From Candidatus Binatia bacterium (lineage in GTDB: Bacteria; Desulfobacterota; Binatia; HRBIN30), in contig JBBRSP010000019.1 of NCBI GenBank assembly GCA_038245295.1, positions 37,925-101,924 of the forward strand: a stretch of 64,000 nucleotides of DNA, read 5' to 3'. Each line of letters starts with the position of its first letter. Positions within the stretch are counted from its first letter, which is position 1. Under the pieces are notes generated by a model, which did not search any database, had not been told where the DNA came from, and worked only from the letters and a program-made list of their open reading frames with translations. Made by a program: the position numbers and the translations under genes. This document shows positions 9,515-18,170 of this stretch, piece by piece.

Positions 9515-10880
9515 CGTCGTGCCGTTGACCGGTGCCGATTGCTTCTTGAGAGCCATCGATTCCGAGGCGCGGCGCAGCGGACAGGCCGGTCATCTTTCCC
9601 AACTCGTGCTCAGACTCGGCCCCGCCTTCGATGTCGACAGGTTCCGGCGTCTCATCGAGGAAGTTTCGCGCGCCAATCCCATCGTGCGCTCACCCATCCG
9701 CCGCCAGGCGGTTGTCGGACCTCCCGTCTACCGCCTCGACCGCGCCGTGCCGCCACCGGGCGTAAGTATCAACCTGCATTCCTTGGCCGCCGTCGTCGCA
9801 GCGAACGATTCGGAGGCACCGGCGCTTGGCGCCATCCCTGATTTATTCTGCCGCCGCCTCAACGATCGACTCGATGCGACACACGGGAGACTACTCTGTT
9901 TCGACCTTGTGCCGCGAGGCGGTGTGCATCCCGGGACTGATCTCGCCATGACTTGGCAGCATATGCTCTTCGACGGCTCCGGCAGCGAGCTTTTCGTCGA
10001 GCACCTCGCGGCGTGTTCGTCCGACCCGTCGCGCGGTCGCGAGTTGCCGATCAACCGCGCCGCCGGCGGCAAGTCATCGTCTGCCGTGGCAGAGTTGGCC
10101 GCGACCGCCGGTGAGCGCGGACAGATGGCCCAGGCCTGGAACACCTACATGCACGGCGTTGCCGCCAAGCGTCCTACCTCACTGGCCGGCCCCTTGCGCC
10201 AGGCGCAACAAGACCTGCGCTACGACCAGGTACGTCTCGAAGGCAGCGACGCCGTGAACGCCATCGACCGAGCCAAAAAGATGGCTGGTTTCCTGACACC
10301 GATGTTGTTCTTTCTCGCCGTATCATTGCGCGCGCACCAGGCGGTTGCCGACCTTCGTGGTCGTTCGTCGACGAGCTGGATCGTGCCGCTACCCGTCGAC
10401 CTGCGACCGAAGGGAGGACAGGGCGAAGTCTTTCGCACGCATGTGTCGCTGCTGTGGTTTCAGGTCACAACCGACGAGACTCGCGACTTGGCTGGGTTGA
10501 TCGAGGTGCTGAAGGTACAGCGCCTCTCGGCCATTCGCGCCAAGCTCGTCGAAGCCGGCGTGGCGGCGTTGGACTTCGCTCGGTACGCGCCGGCGCGGCT
10601 CTATTCACACATGGCCCGTCGCACTTTCGGCGGCGAGCTCGGATCGTTCTTCTTCGCGTACACCGGAGAGTTCGCGCCGGCCGCCGAATCGCTGTGCGGC
10701 GCGACGATCCTCGACGCCTTCCACGCGCCGTCGGTGCCGGCATCGCCCGGCAGCGCTCTGGTGTTCAGCCGGCGCGGCGGCGGCCTCAGCGCGGTGCACG
10801 TCTATCAGCGCGACAGCGTTGATCCTGCCGATCTCGGCGTACTACGCGAGCAGCTGCGGCGCGATCTGGGTGTCCAATGA
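9492..10880 (+). CDS. Stand-alone condensation-domain-like / CoA-dependent acyltransferase
   Basis: WQHMLFDGSG (xHxxxDG), VPLPVDLRP; overlaps the ACP stop. Confidence 0.7.
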   Translation: MPNYSNTDVVPLTGADCFLRAIDSEARRSGQAGHLSQLVLRLGPAFDVDRFRRLIEEVSRANPIVRSPIRRQAVVGPPVYRLDRAVPPPGVSINLHSLAAVVAANDSEAPALGAIPDLFCRRLNDRLDATHGRLLCFDLVPRGGVHPGTDLAMTWQHMLFDGSGSELFVEHLAACSSDPSRGRELPINRAAGGKSSSAVAELAATAGERGQMAQAWNTYMHGVAAKRPTSLAGPLRQAQQDLRYDQVRLEGSDAVNAIDRAKKMAGFLTPMLFFLAVSLRAHQAVADLRGRSSTSWIVPLPVDLRPKGGQGEVFRTHVSLLWFQVTTDETRDLAGLIEVLKVQRLSAIRAKLVEAGVAALDFARYAPARLYSHMARRTFGGELGSFFFAYTGEFAPAAESLCGATILDAFHAPSVPASPGSALVFSRRGGGLSAVHVYQRDSVDPADLGVLREQLRRDLGVQ

Positions 10881-12193
10881 CGATCGTTCGATCGCCGCCG
10901 CCGCACGACTACGCCGTTGCCGTGATCGGCGGCGGTCCGGCGGGCATCGCCGCCGCGCTGGCCGCGGCGAGCTGCGGCGCCAACGTGCTCCTTATTGAGC
11001 GCGACGCGAGGCTCGGTGGCAACGTTTCCCAGGCTCTGGTGCACACGATTTGCGGACTCTATCTCGCGTCGGCGAATCGCGACGCCGTCTTCGCGCATCA
11101 AGGCCTGCCGCGCTTCTTCGCCGAAACGCTGATGGCCGATTGTAGTGCAGGCGAAGTCGGCTGGGCGGGCGATGCCAGCTTCCTGCCGATCGATCCGCAG
11201 GAATTCGGCAATCTGGCCGAGCATCTCTGCGGCAGGAGCGTCTCCATCGACCGCTGGATGGACGCAAGCCTGACGGGACTGGCGCTGGCTCACGGCGACG
11301 GCGGGATGTGCGGCATTGATGTGGAACGAAGCGGCGGCCTCGAGGCACACGCATCTGCCTGGGCGGTTGTCGATGCTACCGGGGACGCAACCGCCGCTGC
11401 ACTCGCCGGCGTTCAGACCGAATACGCACTGCCCGACGAGCTCCAGCACGCGTCGTACATCTTCCGCATTGACGGCGTCGACGGCGCCGCATTGGACCAC
11501 CTGGAGAGAGCTCGTACGAGCCTCGCCGTGGCACGTGCCGCCCGGACCGGCAAAGTCGCGACGACGGCTGCCTCGATTGTCGTGCGCGCCGTGAGTGGCG
11601 AATCGGTGTTCGTGACGCTGAATCTACCGAAACCTACCGGCCGCCCTTTCGATCCTCTCGACGCCGTCGCGTTCGGACACCTGCAAGACACCGCCGCTCG
11701 CGATGCGCGTCAGGTCCTGGCGTTTCTCCTCGCCGAGCGCGGTCCCTTTCGGAACGCTCGACCGGGCGCGTGGCCGGCGCGCGTCGGAATCCGCGAAACC
11801 CGCCGCGTCATCGGCCTCGAGCGCCTTGAGGTTGCCGACGTGCTCGAAGGCAAACGCCGCGACGACGAGGTCTGCATTTCGACGTGGCCGGTAGAGCTCT
11901 GGCACAGTCACGAACGCGTGGTGTTTCGCCACACCGCCGGACCGTCGTCGATTCCGCTGGGGTGTCTGGTTGCCGATCACCCCGGCCGCCGCCTTGCGAT
12001 GGCAGGACGTTGCGTTTCGGCGAGCCACGAAGCCCTTGGCGCGATCCGGGTGATCGGAACATCGATGGCGATGGGTGAAGCGGCCGGCGTTGCCTGTGCG
12101 CTCGCGGCAACGTTTCGCAAAGACCTGTCCTCGATCGATGCTGCCGAGATACGCCACGCCATCGCCTCGGGCGCAACGAGAGCAAACCTGTGA
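10877..12193 (+). CDS. FAD-dependent oxidoreductase
   Basis: VIGGGPAG, VDATGDA, GIRETRR, AGRCVSASHEA; ATGA coupling with the upstream gene. Confidence 0.88.
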   Translation: MTIVRSPPPHDYAVAVIGGGPAGIAAALAAASCGANVLLIERDARLGGNVSQALVHTICGLYLASANRDAVFAHQGLPRFFAETLMADCSAGEVGWAGDASFLPIDPQEFGNLAEHLCGRSVSIDRWMDASLTGLALAHGDGGMCGIDVERSGGLEAHASAWAVVDATGDATAAALAGVQTEYALPDELQHASYIFRIDGVDGAALDHLERARTSLAVARAARTGKVATTAASIVVRAVSGESVFVTLNLPKPTGRPFDPLDAVAFGHLQDTAARDARQVLAFLLAERGPFRNARPGAWPARVGIRETRRVIGLERLEVADVLEGKRRDDEVCISTWPVELWHSHERVVFRHTAGPSSIPLGCLVADHPGRRLAMAGRCVSASHEALGAIRVIGTSMAMGEAAGVACALAATFRKDLSSIDAAEIRHAIASGATRANL

Positions 12194-13641
12194 CGAAGCT
12201 TGCCGAGGGCAAGTTCCCTCCCCAACGGCAAGTGAACGTCTTCGACTGCATCGCCGAGCAGGCGCGGTTGAGGCCGGACCATCCTGCCGTGACCCAGGAC
12301 GGGGCACGAGCGCGCACTGTGACCTACGGCGAGCTTGTCAGGAACGCACGACGCAGGGCCGAGGAGATGCAGCCCTCAGGCATTGCCCGGTCTTGGCGTG
12401 TCGGAATGATCTATCCGCAGGGCGTCGACTTTATCGAGACAGCGCTGGCGCTCCTGTCGCTGCGTGCGTGCATGGTGCCGATCGCCGATGATCACCCGGC
12501 GGCGACCATTGCTGAGATCGTGCGCCGCGCCCATCTGCACGCGTTACTCGACGGAAAGCGGGGCGTGGTGGAGGTGTTGCCCGCAACGCCGCTCGCTCCC
12601 GAGGTGGAAGAAGCCTTCGCCGCCACCGGCCCGGCCTATCTGCGCTTTACATCGGGTACGACGAGCGAGCGAAAGGGGGTGCTGATCGGTCATGCGCGCA
12701 TCCTCGAACGACTCGAGGCTGCCAACCGCGGCCTCGCCATCGGGCCGCAGGACCGGGTGTTGTGGCTGCTGCCGATGGCGCACCATTTCGTCGTATCGAT
12801 CCTGTTGTACCTGCGTTACGGCGCAACCATCCTGCTGCCGTCGACTGGGCTGGCGCCGTCTATTCTCGATCTTGCCGGACGCGAGCGGGCGACGGTGCTG
12901 TACGCGTCGCCGCATCACATGAAGCTGCTGGCCAAGGAAGCATCGACAGTGCGCATGGACACGTTGCGCTTGGTGATCTCGACGGCGGAGGGGCTCCGTG
13001 CGGATGTCGCCGACGCGTTCGCGCAACGCTTCGGCATCGCGATCGTGCAGGCCCTCGGCATCATGGAAGTTGGCCTGCCCGTGATGAACACGGTCAGTGC
13101 CACAACGAAACCCGTCGCGCTCGGCCGGGCGCAACCGGCGTACGAAGTATGGCTGCGCGACGACGACGGCCGTCCGGCGGCTGGTCACAGCCCGGAGACC
13201 AGTGGCGAGATCTGTATCCGGGGGCCCGGGATGCTCGACGCGTATCTCGATCCGTGGACGCCGTGGTCGGATATCGTCGAGCCGGATGGCTTTCGTACGG
13301 GTGACCATGGGTGGTTCGACGGCGACGGCGATCTCCACCTCGCCGGAAGGCGGGCGGCGCGCATCAACATGTCTGGCATGAAGTTCTTCTGCGAGGAGGT
13401 CGAGGCGGTGCTCGATACACACCCCGCCATCCAGAGGAGTCGGGTGTCAGCCAAGCAGCATCCCCACCTCGGCGAGCTTCCGGTGGCCGAGATCGTTCTC
13501 GTCCCCGGTGCGGCGCCCCCTGTGCCGAGGCAACTCACGTCGTTCTGTCGCGAACGTCTGGCCAGTTACATGGTTCCGCGAAGTTTCGAAGTGGTGACGG
13601 AGCTGCCGACGACGCTGACTGGGAAGCTCGCGCGGCGATGA
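12190..13641 (+). CDS. Class I adenylate-forming enzyme (acyl-ACP/CoA ligase)
   Basis: FTSGTTSERKG, GEICIRG, FRTGD, LPTTLTGK; GTGA coupling. Confidence 0.9.
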   Translation: MTKLAEGKFPPQRQVNVFDCIAEQARLRPDHPAVTQDGARARTVTYGELVRNARRRAEEMQPSGIARSWRVGMIYPQGVDFIETALALLSLRACMVPIADDHPAATIAEIVRRAHLHALLDGKRGVVEVLPATPLAPEVEEAFAATGPAYLRFTSGTTSERKGVLIGHARILERLEAANRGLAIGPQDRVLWLLPMAHHFVVSILLYLRYGATILLPSTGLAPSILDLAGRERATVLYASPHHMKLLAKEASTVRMDTLRLVISTAEGLRADVADAFAQRFGIAIVQALGIMEVGLPVMNTVSATTKPVALGRAQPAYEVWLRDDDGRPAAGHSPETSGEICIRGPGMLDAYLDPWTPWSDIVEPDGFRTGDHGWFDGDGDLHLAGRRAARINMSGMKFFCEEVEAVLDTHPAIQRSRVSAKQHPHLGELPVAEIVLVPGAAPPVPRQLTSFCRERLASYMVPRSFEVVTELPTTLTGKLARR

Positions 13642-13808
13642 CTCGAGGCGCGCGGCTTGTGGCTGCGCCCTACCCAAACGCCCTACCGTCCCTCGATTCC
13701 GAGCCGACCCGTCCATTCAACCGGCGATCCGCCCGTTGGGGCGGAATCCGATTGAATGAGGCGCGGGCGGCGTGATACGCGCCCCTACACCAGGGAGACT
13801 CTGAGATC

Positions 13809-15785
13809 ATGAGTAATTTTCGATCGTTCGCGTTATGCGTCGGCGTGTTGGCCGGCTTTGTCGCCGGCCCGGCAAGGGCTGCCGACTGCTCCGCCGGTAG
13901 CTTCAACAGCACCTATGACCTGATCCAGAAGGCGGTCTTCGAGAATCGCGGCTGTACCAACAGTGTTTGCCATGGTGAGGCGGCGACGGGCGGGCTCGAT
14001 CTGCGCGCCGACGTCTCGTACAACAACCTCGTCGATGTCGAGTCGGCCACCATTCCGGGCTGGAAACGCGTGCTGGTTGGCCAGACCGCGGCAAGCTTGT
14101 TCTACGTAAACCTGGCAGCCAAGACGAACCCTGCCCAGTGGACGGCGCCGTTGCGCGCCATGCCGCTTGATCCGGTGCCGGCCCTCACCCAGAACGAGCT
14201 CGACGCGATCCGCCTCTGGATCGAACGCGGCGCGCCGCGCGACGGCGTCGTCCCGGGGACGGACAGGCTACTCGACGCCTGCCTACCGCCACCCGAGCCG
14301 ATCGAAATCAAGCCACTGCCGCCACCGGCACCCGGCACCGGCGTACAGATCAAGATGCCGCGCCTGGTGCTGCGGCCGCACAGTGAGCAGGAAGTCTGCT
14401 TCGCCACCTACTACGACGTGACCGATCAGGTGCCGGCCGAGCTGCGCCGCGCCGACGGTACGTTCCGTTACAAGTATCACGAGACGCGTCAGGACCCGCT
14501 CAGCCATCACATGGTGCCGGTGCTCTATGACGGCGGCACACCGATCACGAGTCCCGTGTGGGGCAACTGGACCTGTCACGGTGGGAACATCGAAGGCCAG
14601 GCGTGTGACCCGCTCAATCTCACCTCGTGTGGCTCGGGCATCTGCACGTCGCAGGTCTCGCCCAGCATCGCCTGCATTGGTTACGGACCCGGCGACGGCG
14701 GCATCGGCCTATCGACGGCGGGCATCTCGATCACGCAACAGACGGCCGAGGAGTTCAAGTTTGCTCCAGGCGTCTACGATTCCCTGCCCACCAAGGGCGT
14801 GATCATGTGGAGCTCGCATGCCTTCAACTTGACGGACCAGCCCGGCAAGCTCGAGGCCTGGCTCAATTTCGAGTTCGCCGGTCTCGACGAACAAATCGAC
14901 CCCGCCGTGCAGATCTTCGACGCGTCGGCGGTCTTCAAGGCCAACGCCCCGGCCTTTGGGACGGATGAGCCGTGCAACATCAGCACCTTCCCGCCCAATA
15001 CACACCTGTTCGAGCTCACGTCGCACACCCACAAGCGCGGCAAGCGCTGGCGCACGTTCCGCGGCGCCTTCCGCTGCCAGGGCGGACCGATAAAGGACCA
15101 GGCGTGCTCGCCGATCGGCTACGACTTCGTCAGCCCGGATGTCTGCCAGGGATCGCCCTGCACCGGTACGACACAACCCAAGTCGGGTGACTGTGACCTC
15201 AGCGGCGACGTCTCTGTTGATGAGATCGTGCGCGGTGTCACGATCGCCCTCGGCAGCGGCGACATCGAGAGCTGCCACCAGATGGACGTCAACGAAGACT
15301 CGGAAGTGTCCGTCGACGAGCTCGTCACCAGTGTGGGCGCCGCTCTCAATGGCGTGCCCGCACCCGTCGCCCGCGATGGCATGGCGAGCCTGATGTACGT
15401 CAGCCTCATCTACAATGATCCGCTCGTCCTCCACAGGAATGACCATCCCATGGTCTTGCAGGGTGGAGCTGACGATCGATCGTTTACCTTCTGCTCACTC
15501 TACGACAACGGCTACACGCATCCGGCCGAGGTGAAAACCAAATCGGGTTCACCGAAGCCACCAATCGCTTTCCCGGGCGTTGGTGGTCCGTGTGACGAGG
15601 CAACCAACTGCACGGCCGGCAAGGTCGGCAATGCGTGTAAGGGCAGAGGACAGCTGGCCCGCAACGCCTCCTGCGACAGCGTCACCGGCATGGGAGACGG
15701 AAAATGTGATGCCTGCCCGCTGCACGGTGGCGTGACGACCGAAGATGAGATGTTCATCCTCCTCGGGCGATACTACGTGCCGTAA
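13809..15785 (+). CDS. Secreted multidomain protein: cytochrome c-like N-terminus, copper monooxygenase-like core, inserted dockerin-like domain
   Basis: Signal peptide; CTNSVCH, MP, IRLWIERGA; SHHM, SHAFN, SHTHKRG, EDEMF; SGDCDLSGDVSVDEI repeat. Confidence 0.65.
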   Translation: MSNFRSFALCVGVLAGFVAGPARAADCSAGSFNSTYDLIQKAVFENRGCTNSVCHGEAATGGLDLRADVSYNNLVDVESATIPGWKRVLVGQTAASLFYVNLAAKTNPAQWTAPLRAMPLDPVPALTQNELDAIRLWIERGAPRDGVVPGTDRLLDACLPPPEPIEIKPLPPPAPGTGVQIKMPRLVLRPHSEQEVCFATYYDVTDQVPAELRRADGTFRYKYHETRQDPLSHHMVPVLYDGGTPITSPVWGNWTCHGGNIEGQACDPLNLTSCGSGICTSQVSPSIACIGYGPGDGGIGLSTAGISITQQTAEEFKFAPGVYDSLPTKGVIMWSSHAFNLTDQPGKLEAWLNFEFAGLDEQIDPAVQIFDASAVFKANAPAFGTDEPCNISTFPPNTHLFELTSHTHKRGKRWRTFRGAFRCQGGPIKDQACSPIGYDFVSPDVCQGSPCTGTTQPKSGDCDLSGDVSVDEIVRGVTIALGSGDIESCHQMDVNEDSEVSVDELVTSVGAALNGVPAPVARDGMASLMYVSLIYNDPLVLHRNDHPMVLQGGADDRSFTFCSLYDNGYTHPAEVKTKSGSPKPPIAFPGVGGPCDEATNCTAGKVGNACKGRGQLARNASCDSVTGMGDGKCDACPLHGGVTTEDEMFILLGRYYVP

Positions 15786-15789
15786 GAGC

Positions 15790-15841
15790 ATTTGGCCATT
15801 TTCCATTTGGCCATCTTGTCATCTTGCCAAATGGCCAAATC
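15790..15841. repeat. Short ATTTGGCC-type octamer repeat forming an inverted repeat
   Basis: atttggccattt...aaatggccaaat. Confidence 0.55.
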
Positions 15842-15880
15842 CCCTTCCGTGACTCCTGGAGTTGGCTTAGGCTCGCTGCC

Positions 15881-17125
15881 ATGGCCTTCGACCTGAAGAC
15901 GATCGACATCATCAGCAACGCTCACTACGCCGCCAACGGTTACCCGCATCCGGAGTGGGCGTTCTTGCGCAAACACGATCCGGTGCATCGCTTCGAGCGT
16001 CCCGGCATCCGGCCGTTCTGGGCGATCACCAAGTATGAGGATGTCGTCAAGATCTCGAAGCAGCCCAAGCTGTTCCAAAACGCGCCGCGCTTGGCGGTGT
16101 TTCCGGGCCTCGAGCCAGAGGTACCGGATGGCACCGATCCGCCGGCGCGTCATCTGCTCAACATGGATCCACCGGAGCATGGTCAGTATCGCAAGTTGTG
16201 CAGCCATCGCTTCACGCCACGCGCCGTCCAACCACTGCGCGCTTCGGTGGAAGAAATCTGCAAGGAGGTGCTCGACAAGTTTGCCGACGGCGGTGGCATG
16301 ACTACGGGCGACTTCGTCAGCGGCGTCTCCGCCAAGATTCCGCTGGCCGTGCTTGCCGATCTATTGGGGGTGCCGCGCTCCGATTGGGAGCTGATGTTTC
16401 AGTGGACGAACGAAACGATCGGCGCCAACGATCCCGAGTATCAGCAGGGCACCAGCGCCGAGGAAACCATCGATCGCGCCCGCCTGGCTCTGTTTGGATA
16501 CTTCGTCGACATGGTCGAGAAGCGGCGCGCCAATCCGACCGACGACATCGTGAGTGTCATCGGCAACTCGAAGTTGAACGGCGCCGACGTTCCACCCTTC
16601 GAGCTGCTGTCGTATTTCTTCGTACTCGTCGTCGCCGGCAATGAAACGACGCGCAACGCTACGAGCGGTGGTTTGCTGGCCCTGATCGAGAATCCCTCCG
16701 AGTTGAAAAAGCTACGCGACGACCCGTCGTTGATTCCCTCGGCGGTCGAAGAGATCGTGCGCTGGACATCGCCGGTGATCCAATTCTGTCGCACGCCGGT
16801 GCAGGACTTCGAGTTACGCGGCAAACACATCAAGGCGGGGGAGAACATGACTCTGTTCTACCCATCGGCGAATCGCGACGAAGACATCTTCGAGGACCCG
16901 TTCACCTTCCGCGTCGATCGCAACCCCAATCCGCATCTCGCCTTCGGCGTCGGTGAACACTTTTGTCTCGGCGCCAATCTGGCGCGCCTCGAGCTCGAAG
17001 TGATCTTCCAGCAACTGATCGCGCGACTCGACCACGTCGAGCTCGCCGGCCCGGTGTCGCGTCTGCATTCCAGTTTTGTCGGTGGCATCAAGAATGTCCC
17101 GCTGCGCTACCAGATGCGGGCGTAA
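15881..17125 (+). CDS. Cytochrome P450
   Basis: AGNETT, EEIVR, SANRDE, FGVGEHFCLG heme-binding motif. Confidence 0.96.
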   Translation: MAFDLKTIDIISNAHYAANGYPHPEWAFLRKHDPVHRFERPGIRPFWAITKYEDVVKISKQPKLFQNAPRLAVFPGLEPEVPDGTDPPARHLLNMDPPEHGQYRKLCSHRFTPRAVQPLRASVEEICKEVLDKFADGGGMTTGDFVSGVSAKIPLAVLADLLGVPRSDWELMFQWTNETIGANDPEYQQGTSAEETIDRARLALFGYFVDMVEKRRANPTDDIVSVIGNSKLNGADVPPFELLSYFFVLVVAGNETTRNATSGGLLALIENPSELKKLRDDPSLIPSAVEEIVRWTSPVIQFCRTPVQDFELRGKHIKAGENMTLFYPSANRDEDIFEDPFTFRVDRNPNPHLAFGVGEHFCLGANLARLELEVIFQQLIARLDHVELAGPVSRLHSSFVGGIKNVPLRYQMRA

Positions 17126-17196
17126 GACATTTGGCTACCTGGTCAGTTTGCCATCGGGCGTAATGCGGGTTTCTCGACGTGGTCATACCGGCGAGG

Positions 17197-17396
17197 GAGA
17201 TTATCGATAAACGGAAATGAAGCAACGTCATCCCGGCGGAAGAGACTGTCGTAAAACCAAAGTGGAGCAACGTCATCCCGGTGAAAACCGGGATCTCCCC
17301 CTGGAAGCCTCGAAAGCTGGCGAGATACCGGCTTTCGCCGGTATGACGGAGGTGTGTGCGCGGTTTCAACCGATGAATCAGAGAATCAACAGTCTC
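17197..17396 (+). mobile_element. Nested/hybrid MITE (type A left end, type B inserted at 17242, type A right end)
   Basis: TIR-like gagattatcg / gagactgtcg ... caacagtctc; flanks gagg / gaag inside a gtcataccggcg...gccagtatcc palindrome. Confidence 0.8.
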
Positions 17397-17898
17397 GAAG
17401 GCCAGTATCCAGTGCCGGGAGCCACGCCTATGACGCCCAGCACTGCTGACAGATTATCCGACCCAGGTTGAGTTTTCCGCCGCCGCACCCCATCCACGAC
17501 GCGCCAGGAAGCCCCAGGACGGGCTCTCGCAGGTCGGGATGGCTCCACCTACGTACACAAACTCAACGTTTTCGGGTGATTTCACCCTCGGGCCGTTGAA
17601 AAATAAGGGGTTTCTTCCCGACCATGGCCGCGATCCAGGGTCAATCCGAGCCTGGCCGGCCGCCCTTGGCAGAACGCATTGAAGAGTGATGGGCGCGGAG
17701 GAGATCCGGGACGGATCTCCTCCGTGGTGGGATTGGAGACGCACCGCGCGGTTGGGCGACCGCGGCAGTACCTGTCTCCTGGGTTCGCCGACTAACTTAC
17801 CCGCAACAGGTTACGGGGACGTGACCCGCGGATGACGTCCCGCACACCGGCGCCGACGTTGCCTCACAGGCCCAACGAGTTCGACAACGCGAAAGGGC

Positions 17899-18003
17899 CT
17901 ACCGCTCCCATGGGTTCAAGATGGGGGCTCCCGTGTGCTGAAAATCGGTGACGTTTCTGGTCACGACTGTGAAGCCATGATGGATTGCGGTCGCAGCGAT
18001 GAG
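17899..18003 (-). pseudogene. C-terminal remnant of a VapC/PIN toxin
   Basis: Minus strand reads LIAATAIHHGFTVVTRNVTDFQHTGAPILNPWER*; no N-terminus. Confidence 0.75.
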
Positions 18004-18033
18004 GGGCTTTGCACGGCAATTCGCGTTGGAGGA

Positions 18034-18116
18034 CACCGCAGGCTGAAGCCTGCGCCTACCGGTTTACAATCCGCCAGCGTATTCAGCGTGGTAGGCGCAG
18101 GCTTCAGCCTGCGGTG
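18034..18116. repeat. GTAG-type REP doublet (27-bp perfect inverted repeat)
   Basis: caccgcaggctgaagcctgcgcctacc 18034-18060 and its reverse complement 18090-18116; third copy at 26803-26827. Confidence 0.85.
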
Positions 18117-18170
18117 AGCTGAGCGCTGGTTGATCGCCGAATTTACGTGCAAAGCAGGCTCGGGCGCGTC

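Noticed and set aside
1559..13641. Thiopeptide (nosiheptide-like) cluster
   Set aside because: No YcaO, dehydratase, pyridine synthase or Ser/Cys-rich precursor seen in the window
17088..17471. Short ORFs over the MITEs (also 28294-28792, 33085-33502, 61958-62521)
   Set aside because: They are translations of repeat DNA sharing the same repeat-derived peptides; no transposase motifs
17900..17930. 6S RNA (gggttcaag resemblance)
   Set aside because: The segment is better explained as the antisense of the VapC remnant; no long closing stem
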